Positions 28,057-37,141 of a DNA stretch of 64,000 nucleotides are shown here, piece after piece (the stretch's first letter is position 1; every line of letters starts with the position of its first letter). This DNA comes from a virus (lineage: Duplodnaviria > Caudoviricetes). A model generated the notes under the pieces. It was not told the DNA's origin. It made no database searches and was given only the letters and a program-made list of their open reading frames with translations. Location: positions 21,268 through 85,267 of IMG/VR virus record IMGVR_UViG_2875882051_000001; one strand, written 5' to 3'. The position numbers and the translations under genes are program-made.

Positions 28057-28845
28057 TTACTTTATATCATAAAACCAGCTTCCTAAAGTCTCTTTTAATT
28101 CTAGACATTTGCTAATAGGTAAGTTTTGAGTTTCAATCCAAATTCCTTTTTCATCTGAATTAGCATAAATACGAATATATTTAAAATATTCTTGTACATA
28201 CTCCATATCCACTCCTACAAAGCTTCCATCGCCTCTATATCCATTTGGAAGATAAGTAGTTATTACATATCCAGTTGTTTTATTTAATACTCCTTCATTA
28301 AACTCATTCACATCACAATCAGTATTTATACCAGGTACAGACCCTGTTTCACTATATTGATGCCCTACTCTATTAGTAAAGAAATTAGAATTTAATTTCC
28401 ATGGATTATTATTATAGTTTGCTTCCCATAATGGATAATCAGCGATTCTGTTATCTAGGTTATCCATGAAACTAGTGTAAGTATAAATACCTATAGACAT
28501 ATTAGATATCTCTTTAAATTTAGTAATGAATCTTAAAACGTAATCCATTAGTCCATCAAAATTAGTCTCTATATCTAGCATCGGAATGAGGTCACTGGTT
28601 TTATCTTTTATGGCATTATAAAAACTATTGGCCTGAGTTTCTGGCTCAGTAGTTCCAACTAAGAAATGATAGAACCCTGTTTTTAATCCTGCGTAATGTG
28701 CGTTAGAATAATTTGTATCTAAATAGCTATCTTTAAACGTTGTTCCTTCTGTAGCTTTAATATAAACAGCTTCTACTCCTGCTGTTTTTACCTGGTTAAA
28801 ATTTATATTCCCGTTATGATTACTTATATCTATACCTTTAAACAT
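28057..28845 (-). CDS. GH25 muramidase endolysin
   Basis: GIDISNHNG, YIKATEG, GFYHF, LDIE, DCDVN. Confidence 0.92.
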   Translation of the reverse strand: MFKGIDISNHNGNINFNQVKTAGVEAVYIKATEGTTFKDSYLDTNYSNAHYAGLKTGFYHFLVGTTEPETQANSFYNAIKDKTSDLIPMLDIETNFDGLMDYVLRFITKFKEISNMSIGIYTYTSFMDNLDNRIADYPLWEANYNNNPWKLNSNFFTNRVGHQYSETGSVPGINTDCDVNEFNEGVLNKTTGYVITTYLPNGYRGDGSFVGVDMEYVQEYFKYIRIYANSDEKGIWIETQNLPISKCLELKETLGSWFYDIK

Positions 28846-28909
28846 TTAGTATCATCCTTTCTTACTTTAAATAAAAAAATAAGAGTACCCTATAAAGACT
28901 ACTCTAAAA

Positions 28910-29359
28910 TCACGCTTGTACTGTTTGATACTCATCTGCTGGCTTTACAACCAAAGCTTGAACTTTGCTTAATTGATCTGTTAATGCTGCTAATTCAGCT
29001 TTTAAATTCGTGTTATAATCTTGCAACTGTTTAAGTAAAGTAGAATTATCTACAACTGCAGCTTTCCCTTGATTTATTTCTCCTGCTATTGCTTGCCTGA
29101 TTTCTGCCACGTCATCTTGGCTTAGTTCTGGAAACCTAGCTAATAGTAATTTATCAAACTGATCCGCTTTAGATAGCACCTTTTCCTCTACAGTTTTACT
29201 TATTCTAAAGCTTTCATCTACGATATTCCAAATAGCCTTACCTACAGTAATATAATTTTTATTCTTTAGGATTTGCTCTTCAACTCCACTTTTAACTAAT
29301 TTACTTTCTAATACCTTAATTATTAACTTTAATGCTGTTTTTATCATTTTACATACCAC
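28910..29359 (-). CDS. Lysis-module hypothetical protein
   Basis: Between holin and endolysin; C-terminal coiled coil. Confidence 0.6.
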   Translation of the reverse strand: MVCKMIKTALKLIIKVLESKLVKSGVEEQILKNKNYITVGKAIWNIVDESFRISKTVEEKVLSKADQFDKLLLARFPELSQDDVAEIRQAIAGEINQGKAAVVDNSTLLKQLQDYNTNLKAELAALTDQLSKVQALVVKPADEYQTVQA

Positions 29360-29364
29360 CTTTT

Positions 29365-29613
29365 CTAAATTAATTTTTCAATGGAATAAATAAAGAATCC
29401 AAGTAACGTTGTTACCCAGATTCCTATAAACCACTTCATTACACTTGTAAGAGCTTTTAAGTTATCGCATAAACTTCTTAATTCAGCTTTGAAGCTAGCA
29501 TTATCCTGTTCTAGACTATCCAGCTTTTCACCGTGAGCATTAAGTCTCTTTTCATGTGTCTCTAACTTCTCTTCTAGTCTTTTGTGCTTTTCTAAGCATA
29601 ATTCCTCATTCAT
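29365..29613 (-). CDS. XhlA-like holin/haemolysin
   Basis: Coiled coil plus C-terminal TM helix WFIGIWVTTLLGFFIY. Confidence 0.8.
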   Translation of the reverse strand: MNEELCLEKHKRLEEKLETHEKRLNAHGEKLDSLEQDNASFKAELRSLCDNLKALTSVMKWFIGIWVTTLLGFFIYSIEKLI

Positions 29614-29651
29614 GTGTCACCTTCCTTACTTCAGATTTTGTATAAATGATC

Positions 29652-29679
29652 AACAAAAAAGAACTCCTAAAGAGCTCTT
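29652..29679 (-). terminator. Intrinsic terminator downstream of the two-gene moron
   Basis: AAGAGCTCT-TTA-GGAGTTCTT then T-run on the minus strand. Confidence 0.65.
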
Positions 29680-29792
29680 ACAGTTGCTTTGATTTTTTAT
29701 TCATTTTGCTACGTCATTTTTCCCTATGCTTTTACTTCATATTTTTTAGTAATATAGAACGATTCTAATTTCCTAAACTCTTAAAAATTTAA

Positions 29793-30653
29793 TTATTCTT
29801 TTATCCAAATTCCTAAATCATAGTTCATTCCAGTCTTTGCCTTTATATTAGCTAAAGCTATAGCTATCCCTACACTTGTAAGAGTTGAATTGCGCATTTT
29901 TGAATTCCCCCACATATCAGACATAAGTGATAATTCCATGTTTCCATTAATTATACTCTTAGCTTCTTCAAGACTTTTTATCTGTGGAAATTTATTCTCT
30001 ATAATTGAAGCATAATCAATACTTCCAATACTAACATTCAGACATGATGCATATTCAAGATGTTGAAATATACTATTATTATTTTTATCAATTTGAATAT
30101 TAGACCTTATAATTTTACTTAAATTACTATAAGCATCTATTGGATATTCCACTAAATAATTAAGATATCTATTGATAAATATTAATGTTAAAATAACTAT
30201 CTGCCTATGTGTAATTTTAGGTATTATTTCTAACGCCTCATTTAAAACCAATTCCTGAATAGAATTTCCTTGTACAATAGTTCTATTAACTAAAGTTTCA
30301 ACTAATAATTTTTCGGTAAACTTTTCTCCTCGCCTAGCATAATTCTTTTGAGCTTCATAAATAACATATCTAATATCAGGGTCCTGTGTATTATTTATAC
30401 ATTCAGGATTTTTAGAACATAACTTTTCTAAATAATCGTCAAGTATCTTTTCAGCACGCTCTTGAACTATCTTTTCAGCTTTTTCCCCTAAATCATAAAA
30501 ATTACTTTTAAACACGCTCATAGCTATGTCTTTAACCTCAAAATATGATAATCCTGGATTATTCTGAATTACCTTAACTTTTTTCCCCTGAATGTTAGTA
30601 GAATTATCCCCACTATCTATTGTTTGACCATTAAACACCATCTTTCCCTCCAA
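29793..30653 (-). CDS. Uncharacterised protein (resembles LPO_1073/Vpar_1526 family) with N-terminal QTIDSGDNSTNIQG motif
   Basis: Motif seen directly; family recognised from memory; likely start 30641 overlapping the upstream stop. Confidence 0.75.
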   Translation of the reverse strand: MEGKMVFNGQTIDSGDNSTNIQGKKVKVIQNNPGLSYFEVKDIAMSVFKSNFYDLGEKAEKIVQERAEKILDDYLEKLCSKNPECINNTQDPDIRYVIYEAQKNYARRGEKFTEKLLVETLVNRTIVQGNSIQELVLNEALEIIPKITHRQIVILTLIFINRYLNYLVEYPIDAYSNLSKIIRSNIQIDKNNNSIFQHLEYASCLNVSIGSIDYASIIENKFPQIKSLEEAKSIINGNMELSLMSDMWGNSKMRNSTLTSVGIAIALANIKAKTGMNYDLGIWIKE

Positions 30654-30828
30654 TATTCACATTTACGTTTTTGCCACCTTGAATATTGGTAGAATTATTT
30701 CCCGAATTAATAGTTTGTACATTTTTACTATCTAATTTTTTCTTAAAAAATAATCCTCCAATTATTAATATTATAGTAACGCCTATGCCACTAAATATCC
30801 AATCAGCATTCTCAATGATCCATTTCAA
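30631..30828 (-). CDS. 65-aa single-TM protein with C-terminal QTINSGNNSTNIQGGKNVNVNIG motif
   Basis: TM helix aa 10-28; TTG start after AAAGGGG; 3' end overlaps the next gene. Confidence 0.75.
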   Translation of the reverse strand: MKWIIENADWIFSGIGVTIILIIGGLFFKKKLDSKNVQTINSGNNSTNIQGGKNVNVNIGGKDGV

Positions 30829-30864
30829 TTACAACACCCCTTTTATGTAAATATTATACTTTAC

Positions 30865-30893
30865 ATTTTAAGAAATATTACGATATTTGTCAA
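30865..30893 (-). promoter_or_regulatory. Consensus sigmaA promoter TTGACA-N17-TAAAAT driving the two-gene moron
   Basis: Seen directly. Confidence 0.75.
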
Positions 30894-30918
30894 AATTTAT
30901 ATATTAATATATAGCTTT

Positions 30919-31101
30919 TTATCTAATTATCATATGTTTATTATTTAATAATTTTTCTTCCCACAATTTAATACACATGTGATTAAATTTGGTTAGATTT
31001 TATGGCCATTGATTTTCCCTTATAGTCATAATTTCTCCTTCATTACAACAATCGCATATATACTTTACTCCAACTGGTTTTACAGTAAATTCTTTTTCCA
31101 T
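30919..31101 (-). pseudogene. Degenerate zinc-ribbon gene
   Basis: MEKEFTVKPVGVKYICDCC...QWP* then in-frame continuation NLTKFNHMC. Confidence 0.45.
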
Positions 31102-31210
31102 ATGTTTTTTCCTTTTTAATAATTTCAAGCAATAAAAAAGACCTATTACAGTCGATATTATTGTTATATTTATTAAATTATTTTATATTTGCTATCTACA
31201 TCCTATTTTC

Positions 31211-31426
31211 CTATGATGCAGTACTTTCTGTGGTTGTATCTTCCATAGCTCCCATATCTACAAGGACTAATTTTACCTGTTCTTGTAAATCCAAAAGATT
31301 AGGAACATCCTTATATTCGTAAGTGCCTCCTACGATTAATGTAACCCATACTTTTACACATCCACTGTTTTTATTAAATTGCATTCTAAACACTCTCCTT
31401 AAAATTAGATTTATTATGTTAAACAT
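31211..31426 (-). CDS. Small tail-associated protein (CD1375-like); likely start 31384
   Basis: FNKNSGCVKVWVTLI...VPNL pattern after the tail fibre genes. Confidence 0.6.
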   Translation of the reverse strand: MFNIINLILRRVFRMQFNKNSGCVKVWVTLIVGGTYEYKDVPNLLDLQEQVKLVLVDMGAMEDTTTESTAS

Positions 31427-31697
31427 TGGTTTTTCCCATTGCTACTATACTTGTTAACTCTGCATTTGCTTGTGTTAAATCTTCTACTTTTTCTTTTAAA
31501 AGCTCTAATTCCGATTTAGGTATATCTTCATATACAGGCTCATGCGGTGTTTTAGTAGTATCTATTTTAGATACCATTTTCCCTTCTGGAATTTCGGTTT
31601 CTAAATACTGAATACCTCCCTGTGGAACTGAATAAGTACCAGATATTTCCCTATAAATGTAACCAATATCATCATAAATTATTAATGTTTTATTCAT
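31419..31697 (-). CDS. Tail fibre assembly/chaperone-like protein
   Basis: Position after the fibre; ELLKEKVEDL C-terminus. Confidence 0.6.
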   Translation of the reverse strand: MNKTLIIYDDIGYIYREISGTYSVPQGGIQYLETEIPEGKMVSKIDTTKTPHEPVYEDIPKSELELLKEKVEDLTQANAELTSIVAMGKTNV

Positions 31698-31729
31698 TAA
31701 TTATCAATCCTTTCTTCAACTAATCATTT

Positions 31730-33124
31730 CTATGCCCATGCAAAGTAGTAAGTTGGCCCACTATATGCGGATGTAACTATAATTGTATTGGTGTTTTCAG
31801 TATGAGAATAACCACTTACTGCACTTCTATCACTAAGATAATAAAAAGTCGTACTACTTGTTTGATTACTATTGCTTATCCAATAAGCTGCCTTTTGTGC
31901 TCCTGCACTAAATCCTATTATTATTACTGATGGAATAAATGGTAATGTAATAGTATCTGTAGTGTTTGCAGTATGATTTACTACTCCACTAGTATATTGT
32001 CTTCCACCTAAACTTTCTATTGTTGCATTGCCAGTAATTTTATTGCCATTCACATATGCAGTTTTACCATTTATGATGTCAGCTGCGACTGCGGTTGCAT
32101 CTGACGTAAATGTGCCAAGTATCCCCCCCACAGTCGTACCAGCTTTTATAACTGAAGCTGCTAAATTTGTTATTATGGCCTTAATTTTTCCTAATCCATT
32201 ATGAAATCCTGCTGGTATTATATATTCCTGATTATTATTTGTTAAAGTAAATGAAACAGCTCCATTATTAGGCATTGTCCCAGTTAACCCTGTATCATTA
32301 TCATTACTGAATTTTTTAGTTGCTAGTACATGAGAAACATCAGCGTCACCCTCTGCACTAGCTTTGATAAAAAAACAATCACCTATTGAGTTATACCAAA
32401 CCGTATACGCCTTTCCTGATATTAGGTTGGGTGATGTTGTTGTTCCTGGTTTATATAATTTTTTCCCATTTATAGTGGTTGCTGCTCCGCCATTGTTTGC
32501 ACTTGCTATAAAAGTTATTGGATATCCATTTACTAACGTTCCTTTGATTGCAAGTGTTATCGCTGTAGCAGATCCACCTGCTATCTGATACACCATATCT
32601 GACAATTGAGTATTAATATTATTAATGCTCACACTTAATTGGTCTACCCTAGTACTCACTTCATCAACATCTTTTTTCTTAGCAAAAAGTATTGTTGGAT
32701 CTATTTTAAGCGTAATGCTTGATGTATTAGATACTGCTATTATCATTTTCATGTTTATTTCTTTTGTACTTCCATCTGCTGGCAAGGGCTTATATGTCTC
32801 CGCACATTTTGCTACAGCTAACATATTGTTATTTGCATCAAATATTCCATATTCACGAATAAAAAAACCACCTACATCTGGCGGAATCAGAACTTCTATA
32901 TTAATCCAATTAGAATTATTTTCATCTACTGCTACATGACCTATAGCCCCTTCCCATACTGTATGAACTAGATCTGTTTGACTTTCAGTTGGATTATAAT
33001 AGCTTCCATTACCATCTCCAACCTTCATTTTGACAAAATCAATTTTATTTCCTAAGCCAATAGCATTAGCTATTTGGGCTTTTCCTACATTAGTTAAAAT
33101 AGAATAATAACTTTCTGCCATCAA
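31730..33124 (-). CDS. Tail fibre protein (P2 gpH-like N-terminus)
   Basis: LTNVGKAQIANA, VGGFFIREYGIFD; DATAVAADIINGKTAYVNG repeat. Confidence 0.88.
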   Translation of the reverse strand: MMAESYYSILTNVGKAQIANAIGLGNKIDFVKMKVGDGNGSYYNPTESQTDLVHTVWEGAIGHVAVDENNSNWINIEVLIPPDVGGFFIREYGIFDANNNMLAVAKCAETYKPLPADGSTKEINMKMIIAVSNTSSITLKIDPTILFAKKKDVDEVSTRVDQLSVSINNINTQLSDMVYQIAGGSATAITLAIKGTLVNGYPITFIASANNGGAATTINGKKLYKPGTTTSPNLISGKAYTVWYNSIGDCFFIKASAEGDADVSHVLATKKFSNDNDTGLTGTMPNNGAVSFTLTNNNQEYIIPAGFHNGLGKIKAIITNLAASVIKAGTTVGGILGTFTSDATAVAADIINGKTAYVNGNKITGNATIESLGGRQYTSGVVNHTANTTDTITLPFIPSVIIIGFSAGAQKAAYWISNSNQTSSTTFYYLSDRSAVSGYSHTENTNTIIVTSAYSGPTYYFAWA

Positions 33125-33780
33125 ATCGCCTCCTTCGGATATGTTGTTATAGTTTCATTACCTGCACTCTGTGCTAAAGGAATTGTATAGTTTATCACTG
33201 AATTAATATCTTTTGGTGACCATGGATAAACTGCTATTTCCTCTGCATCTATTGCAATAGCGCCAATACTTAAAGTGCCTATTGTTGTTAGAAATATATT
33301 AAGTATTTCAAGCCAGGAACGCTTATTTTTATATGCATTTATTAAAGTATCTAATTTTCTCAATTGTTCTGGTGACGCTCCCGTTTCCGTAACATCAACA
33401 TCTAAGCTAAAATAAAATGGTTCAGAGTTATACTCAAACCATTCTTTTAATTTTGTCCTTCCAAACACTGTTGTTGACGCATCTATTACAGCTTGTGGAG
33501 TCCCCTTTATTCTGTGTAATCTTATTGCACTTTTAACTAGTTGTCGCTTTTTCTCTAGTGTTAAAGTATAATCATAAAAATCAACATGAAATTGCCATGC
33601 TAGCGAATCAATAGTATCTTCGTCTAATTTATCAACTCTTCCATAAATATATGTTAATATAGTGGCTTCATCTAATATTTTTATATAAGGCTCAAGAGCC
33701 TTACATAGAGCTTTCACAAAGGAATCTTGTTGCATATAGGAAGTTTGTAAACTCAACAAATCAATATTATTAAGTTCCAT
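33121..33780 (-). CDS. Baseplate/tail protein, P2 gpI-like
   Basis: LAWQFHVDFY, HRIKGTPQAV, EWFEY. Confidence 0.88.
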   Translation of the reverse strand: MELNNIDLLSLQTSYMQQDSFVKALCKALEPYIKILDEATILTYIYGRVDKLDEDTIDSLAWQFHVDFYDYTLTLEKKRQLVKSAIRLHRIKGTPQAVIDASTTVFGRTKLKEWFEYNSEPFYFSLDVDVTETGASPEQLRKLDTLINAYKNKRSWLEILNIFLTTIGTLSIGAIAIDAEEIAVYPWSPKDINSVINYTIPLAQSAGNETITTYPKEAI

Positions 33781-34931
33781 TACTCCATCCCTCCATATGT
33801 TACAGTTATGCTTCCAACCTTTGCAATTTCATTTTCTCCAATTGTCTTATGGATCGGTGATGTTAATTCAATCCTTCTTACTCCTGAGATTTTTCTATTA
33901 TCAACTTCATATGCTGCAACATCTTGAATTTGATATTTTAATTCATCTGGATTTACTGACTTACCAATTTCACTTTGCTGCCATTTAATAAATTCTCTTA
34001 TAGCTCCATCAGCAAAATCTAAGTTCTCTCCTTCAATGGCTTTTCTCCATTTGCCCTCATTAGTTGGAAAATTTTTATCTAAATAATATGTCAATTCAAT
34101 ATTGTAACTACTAACTGTCGGTGAACCTGTTTCAACTTTATCTGTAAGTGGCCGCACATCTCTTGGTGAACATTTGTTATACACCTTATCTAAAATTTCC
34201 TGTGATGGAATTTCTCCACCATCTACTACAACAAATATTTTTACTACTCCTGGTGATGGTGATGTTATTTTAACACCTGATATAGAATTATCAGCTGAAT
34301 ATGCGAAATATTCATAAGCTCCATCTGGTCCTGCTGTGCTTTTACTTTCCATTGCTAACCTAGCTCTTTCTCTGTAAGATTTATCATCTTCAATATCTGA
34401 TCCAGATTTAGATATTTCAGTATTAACTATTTCCGATACAAATGGTATAGGATCAACAATATAATTAATTTTACCTGGATCAAATCCATTGTATTTAGTT
34501 CCAGTTGATGCTGCTATAAGAACAAGATCACATTCTAAGCTACCTTTAGGAATAACAGCATCCTCTCTAACTTTAAACATTACTATTCCATCTGGTGTTA
34601 CTTTAGTTCCGGCTTTTATTGGTATATCCTGTTTTTGAATTGCAGATAGCTTTGCTTTTCCCTTGCAAAAAGAATATGTTGATTGCAATCTACTTGTACT
34701 ATGATAATCCGTAGCAATTGCATCAAGCTTCTCATCCCTTGCATTTTCTAATAAATTTTGGTTTGCAGTATCATTTATTTTATTTGCTATTCCAACAAAT
34801 ATTGGCATTAATGATTTTATAAAAAGTTTTCTTTCATCACCTTCATGCAATTCTTCATCCAATTCTGTTTGAACAGTATTTACTATGTCTGAAAAGATTG
34901 TTTCTGGATTAATTTCTACAAATTTAATCAA
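33780..34931 (-). CDS. Baseplate J-like protein
   Basis: STAGPDGAYEYFA, VRPLTDKV. Confidence 0.92.
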   Translation of the reverse strand: MIKFVEINPETIFSDIVNTVQTELDEELHEGDERKLFIKSLMPIFVGIANKINDTANQNLLENARDEKLDAIATDYHSTSRLQSTYSFCKGKAKLSAIQKQDIPIKAGTKVTPDGIVMFKVREDAVIPKGSLECDLVLIAASTGTKYNGFDPGKINYIVDPIPFVSEIVNTEISKSGSDIEDDKSYRERARLAMESKSTAGPDGAYEYFAYSADNSISGVKITSPSPGVVKIFVVVDGGEIPSQEILDKVYNKCSPRDVRPLTDKVETGSPTVSSYNIELTYYLDKNFPTNEGKWRKAIEGENLDFADGAIREFIKWQQSEIGKSVNPDELKYQIQDVAAYEVDNRKISGVRRIELTSPIHKTIGENEIAKVGSITVTYGGME

Positions 34932-35244
34932 TGGAGATCACCACCTTTATTACTGGAATTTTTATATTTTTGTTATCCTCACTTTCTTTATACTCAATTG
35001 TTACGCTTTTAACTGTTGCCCTTGTTTCATAATCGTTTATTAAATCATAAGTCTCTTCAATAAGTACTGCTTTATTTTTTTCAAAATCACCATCCAAGTT
35101 TTTAGGATTTCTTCCCATTAATCTGTCGTATGGAACTTCATATTGCATTGTATTTAAAATATTATTTACATTTTGGAGTATTCTAGCATTTCCTTTAGCA
35201 TTCCAGTCTATTAATCTTTGATCTGAACTTATTGTATAATCCAT
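34924..35244 (-). CDS. Baseplate wedge gpW/gp25-like
   Basis: ILNTMQYEVPYDRLMG, YETRA. Confidence 0.75.
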   Translation of the reverse strand: MDYTISSDQRLIDWNAKGNARILQNVNNILNTMQYEVPYDRLMGRNPKNLDGDFEKNKAVLIEETYDLINDYETRATVKSVTIEYKESEDNKNIKIPVIKVVISID

Positions 35245-35246
35245 AA

Positions 35247-35801
35247 TTACTCTTCTCCAAACACACTATCTTCTAAAGCTGTCACTCTTGCATTATCTTC
35301 ATCTGACATAGAATCAGCAGATGAAGAACTTTTTTTCTTCTGGGATGTTTTCTTACTTGCAGCTTTTTTAGCTTCGCTTGACGTTCCTTCTTCTTTTTTT
35401 ACACCAGCTCTTACATATTCTTTAAATGTCAACTTTAATGTACTTTTAACTTGATCCCCTTTAATTGAGTAATTATTATCACTTAAACTAACACCAGTTA
35501 ATAGATATTTATTATTTGAGACAGGATTATTACCAATGAATAACATATAAGGAGTAGCAGCTTCACAAATACTTTTCCAATCATTAATTTCTGTTTCAAC
35601 ATTAATGCTACTAGATTGAATTAATTTAATATTGAAGCTTATTTGTTCAAGATTTGTGCCTTTTATATAAGTTGAAGGTTTATCCCCATCAACTTCTTGA
35701 TCCTCTACATTAAGTGCAATTTCCCTTGAATATTCATCAAATGTATATATCTTGTTTTGACTTACTTCAAAAGTCTTACTGCTAAAACTTCCTAAGGACA
35801 T
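35247..35801 (-). CDS. P2 gpU-like tail protein
   Basis: LGSF, LTFKEYV; position. Confidence 0.75.
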   Translation of the reverse strand: MSLGSFSSKTFEVSQNKIYTFDEYSREIALNVEDQEVDGDKPSTYIKGTNLEQISFNIKLIQSSSINVETEINDWKSICEAATPYMLFIGNNPVSNNKYLLTGVSLSDNNYSIKGDQVKSTLKLTFKEYVRAGVKKEEGTSSEAKKAASKKTSQKKKSSSSADSMSDEDNARVTALEDSVFGEE

Positions 35802-35805
35802 TTAA

Positions 35806-36006
35806 TCACCTCATTCTAGCCATAATTATTCCGCTATCTAAATTCTTATTATAAAAACATACTAATACTTCTTCTCCTACAATAAAATTTTCCATACTTA
35901 CATGATCTGCTATCTGTAATTCATAAGAAACACTATCATCTAACTCGGGGAACTTTACCCTTGCTGTATTTGTTCCTATAGTTGAGATAACTCCCTTCAT
36001 ATTCAT
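35806..36006 (-). CDS. Short baseplate spike (gpV-like OB fold)
   Basis: ARVKFPELD, GEEVLVCF, GIIM. Confidence 0.7.
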   Translation of the reverse strand: MNMKGVISTIGTNTARVKFPELDDSVSYELQIADHVSMENFIVGEEVLVCFYNKNLDSGIIMARMR

Positions 36007-36008
36007 TT

Positions 36009-36941
36009 CTATCCCTCCAGTATTTTTCTAACTGTCACCTTAGATTTACTCAAAATCGAATCATGCATAATATTTTCAATAATATACCTTCCATTAAAAC
36101 TATCTAGATTTTCAATTCTAAGCACATTACCTGCTGCAATTGAAGTATTTTTATTTATTGTAAATACTCCTGAGATTTCACCTTTATTTAAATACATTAA
36201 AATATTCTTTGCAAATCTATTAGCTTCCCCTATTGAACTAATCGGAATATCCGCTATTCTTATTATGTCTCCATTTAATTTATCAGAGATATAACTGCTT
36301 CTTATAAATGTTTTAGAGTTTGAAATTATCTCACAACCACCATATATATGATTTGAAGTACATTTAAAATTATATTTTCCTACAAATGATGATGGTTCTA
36401 ATGTTAAAACTTCATTTTGATTTTTCAGAAATTCTTCTGAAATAACTAATGCCTTCCCATTGCTTATTTTCAAATTATAGCCTTCAAGCATGCATCTATA
36501 ATTTAAAAACTCAATATTATTCTTTTGAATTTGGTCAACTCTTAAATATTGAAAATTATTAACTCCGTAAGTTTCTAATTTCAACTCAAGATCCTCAAGA
36601 AGATCTTGAGCTAAATCTAAAAATTTTACGTTTTCCCAGGTGCGTGTTCTTTTTGTTTTGAAACTCTTTTTTATTGAAAGTGCTTCTACAGTATAAGAAC
36701 CACTACTACAACAAAAGCCATCTACATACATAACTCCAGTACTAAACGGCTCTTTTATAATCTCTATCGTATGCCCTTTTATAAAATCCCATTTTCTACA
36801 TTCTTTTTTTATGTCCGCAAATGAAATAGTTAGGCTATCAGCCTTCCCTCCCATATTATCGTTAATTCTACAATCAGATACTTCAAGATTAACCTCGGAA
36901 CCTTCATAAATTACTTTCATAAAGCACCTCACTTTTTCCAT
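36009..36941 (-). CDS. Baseplate hub, P2 gpD/late control D-like
   Basis: DSLTISF, FNGRYIIENIMH; position. Confidence 0.8.
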   Translation of the reverse strand: MEKVRCFMKVIYEGSEVNLEVSDCRINDNMGGKADSLTISFADIKKECRKWDFIKGHTIEIIKEPFSTGVMYVDGFCCSSGSYTVEALSIKKSFKTKRTRTWENVKFLDLAQDLLEDLELKLETYGVNNFQYLRVDQIQKNNIEFLNYRCMLEGYNLKISNGKALVISEEFLKNQNEVLTLEPSSFVGKYNFKCTSNHIYGGCEIISNSKTFIRSSYISDKLNGDIIRIADIPISSIGEANRFAKNILMYLNKGEISGVFTINKNTSIAAGNVLRIENLDSFNGRYIIENIMHDSILSKSKVTVRKILEG

Positions 36942-37141
36942 GGTGGAAGTGTGGATGTATTTTTAATATTTATATCTGGAATTATAAGGCTTACTCCATA
37001 ATCAAATATTATAGTATCAATGTACTTTGGATTAAGCTGAATAATAAAAATAGAATATTTTTCTTCTCCATAAAATTCAAGGGCAATACTATCAAATGTA
37101 TCCCCCTGTTGAGTTAAATATTTATAACACTGTCTCTCCAA
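36929..37141 (-). CDS. P2 gpX-like (LysM-like) tail protein
   Basis: YLTQQGDTFDSIA...LNP...LPPWKK. Confidence 0.85.
   Translation of the reverse strand: MERQCYKYLTQQGDTFDSIALEFYGEEKYSIFIIQLNPKYIDTIIFDYGVSLIIPDINIKNTSTLPPWKK

Noticed and set aside
31730-33124. DGR or invertible tail-fibre switching
   Set aside because: No reverse transcriptase, no TR/VR pair, no inverted fibre fragments or adjacent invertase seen.
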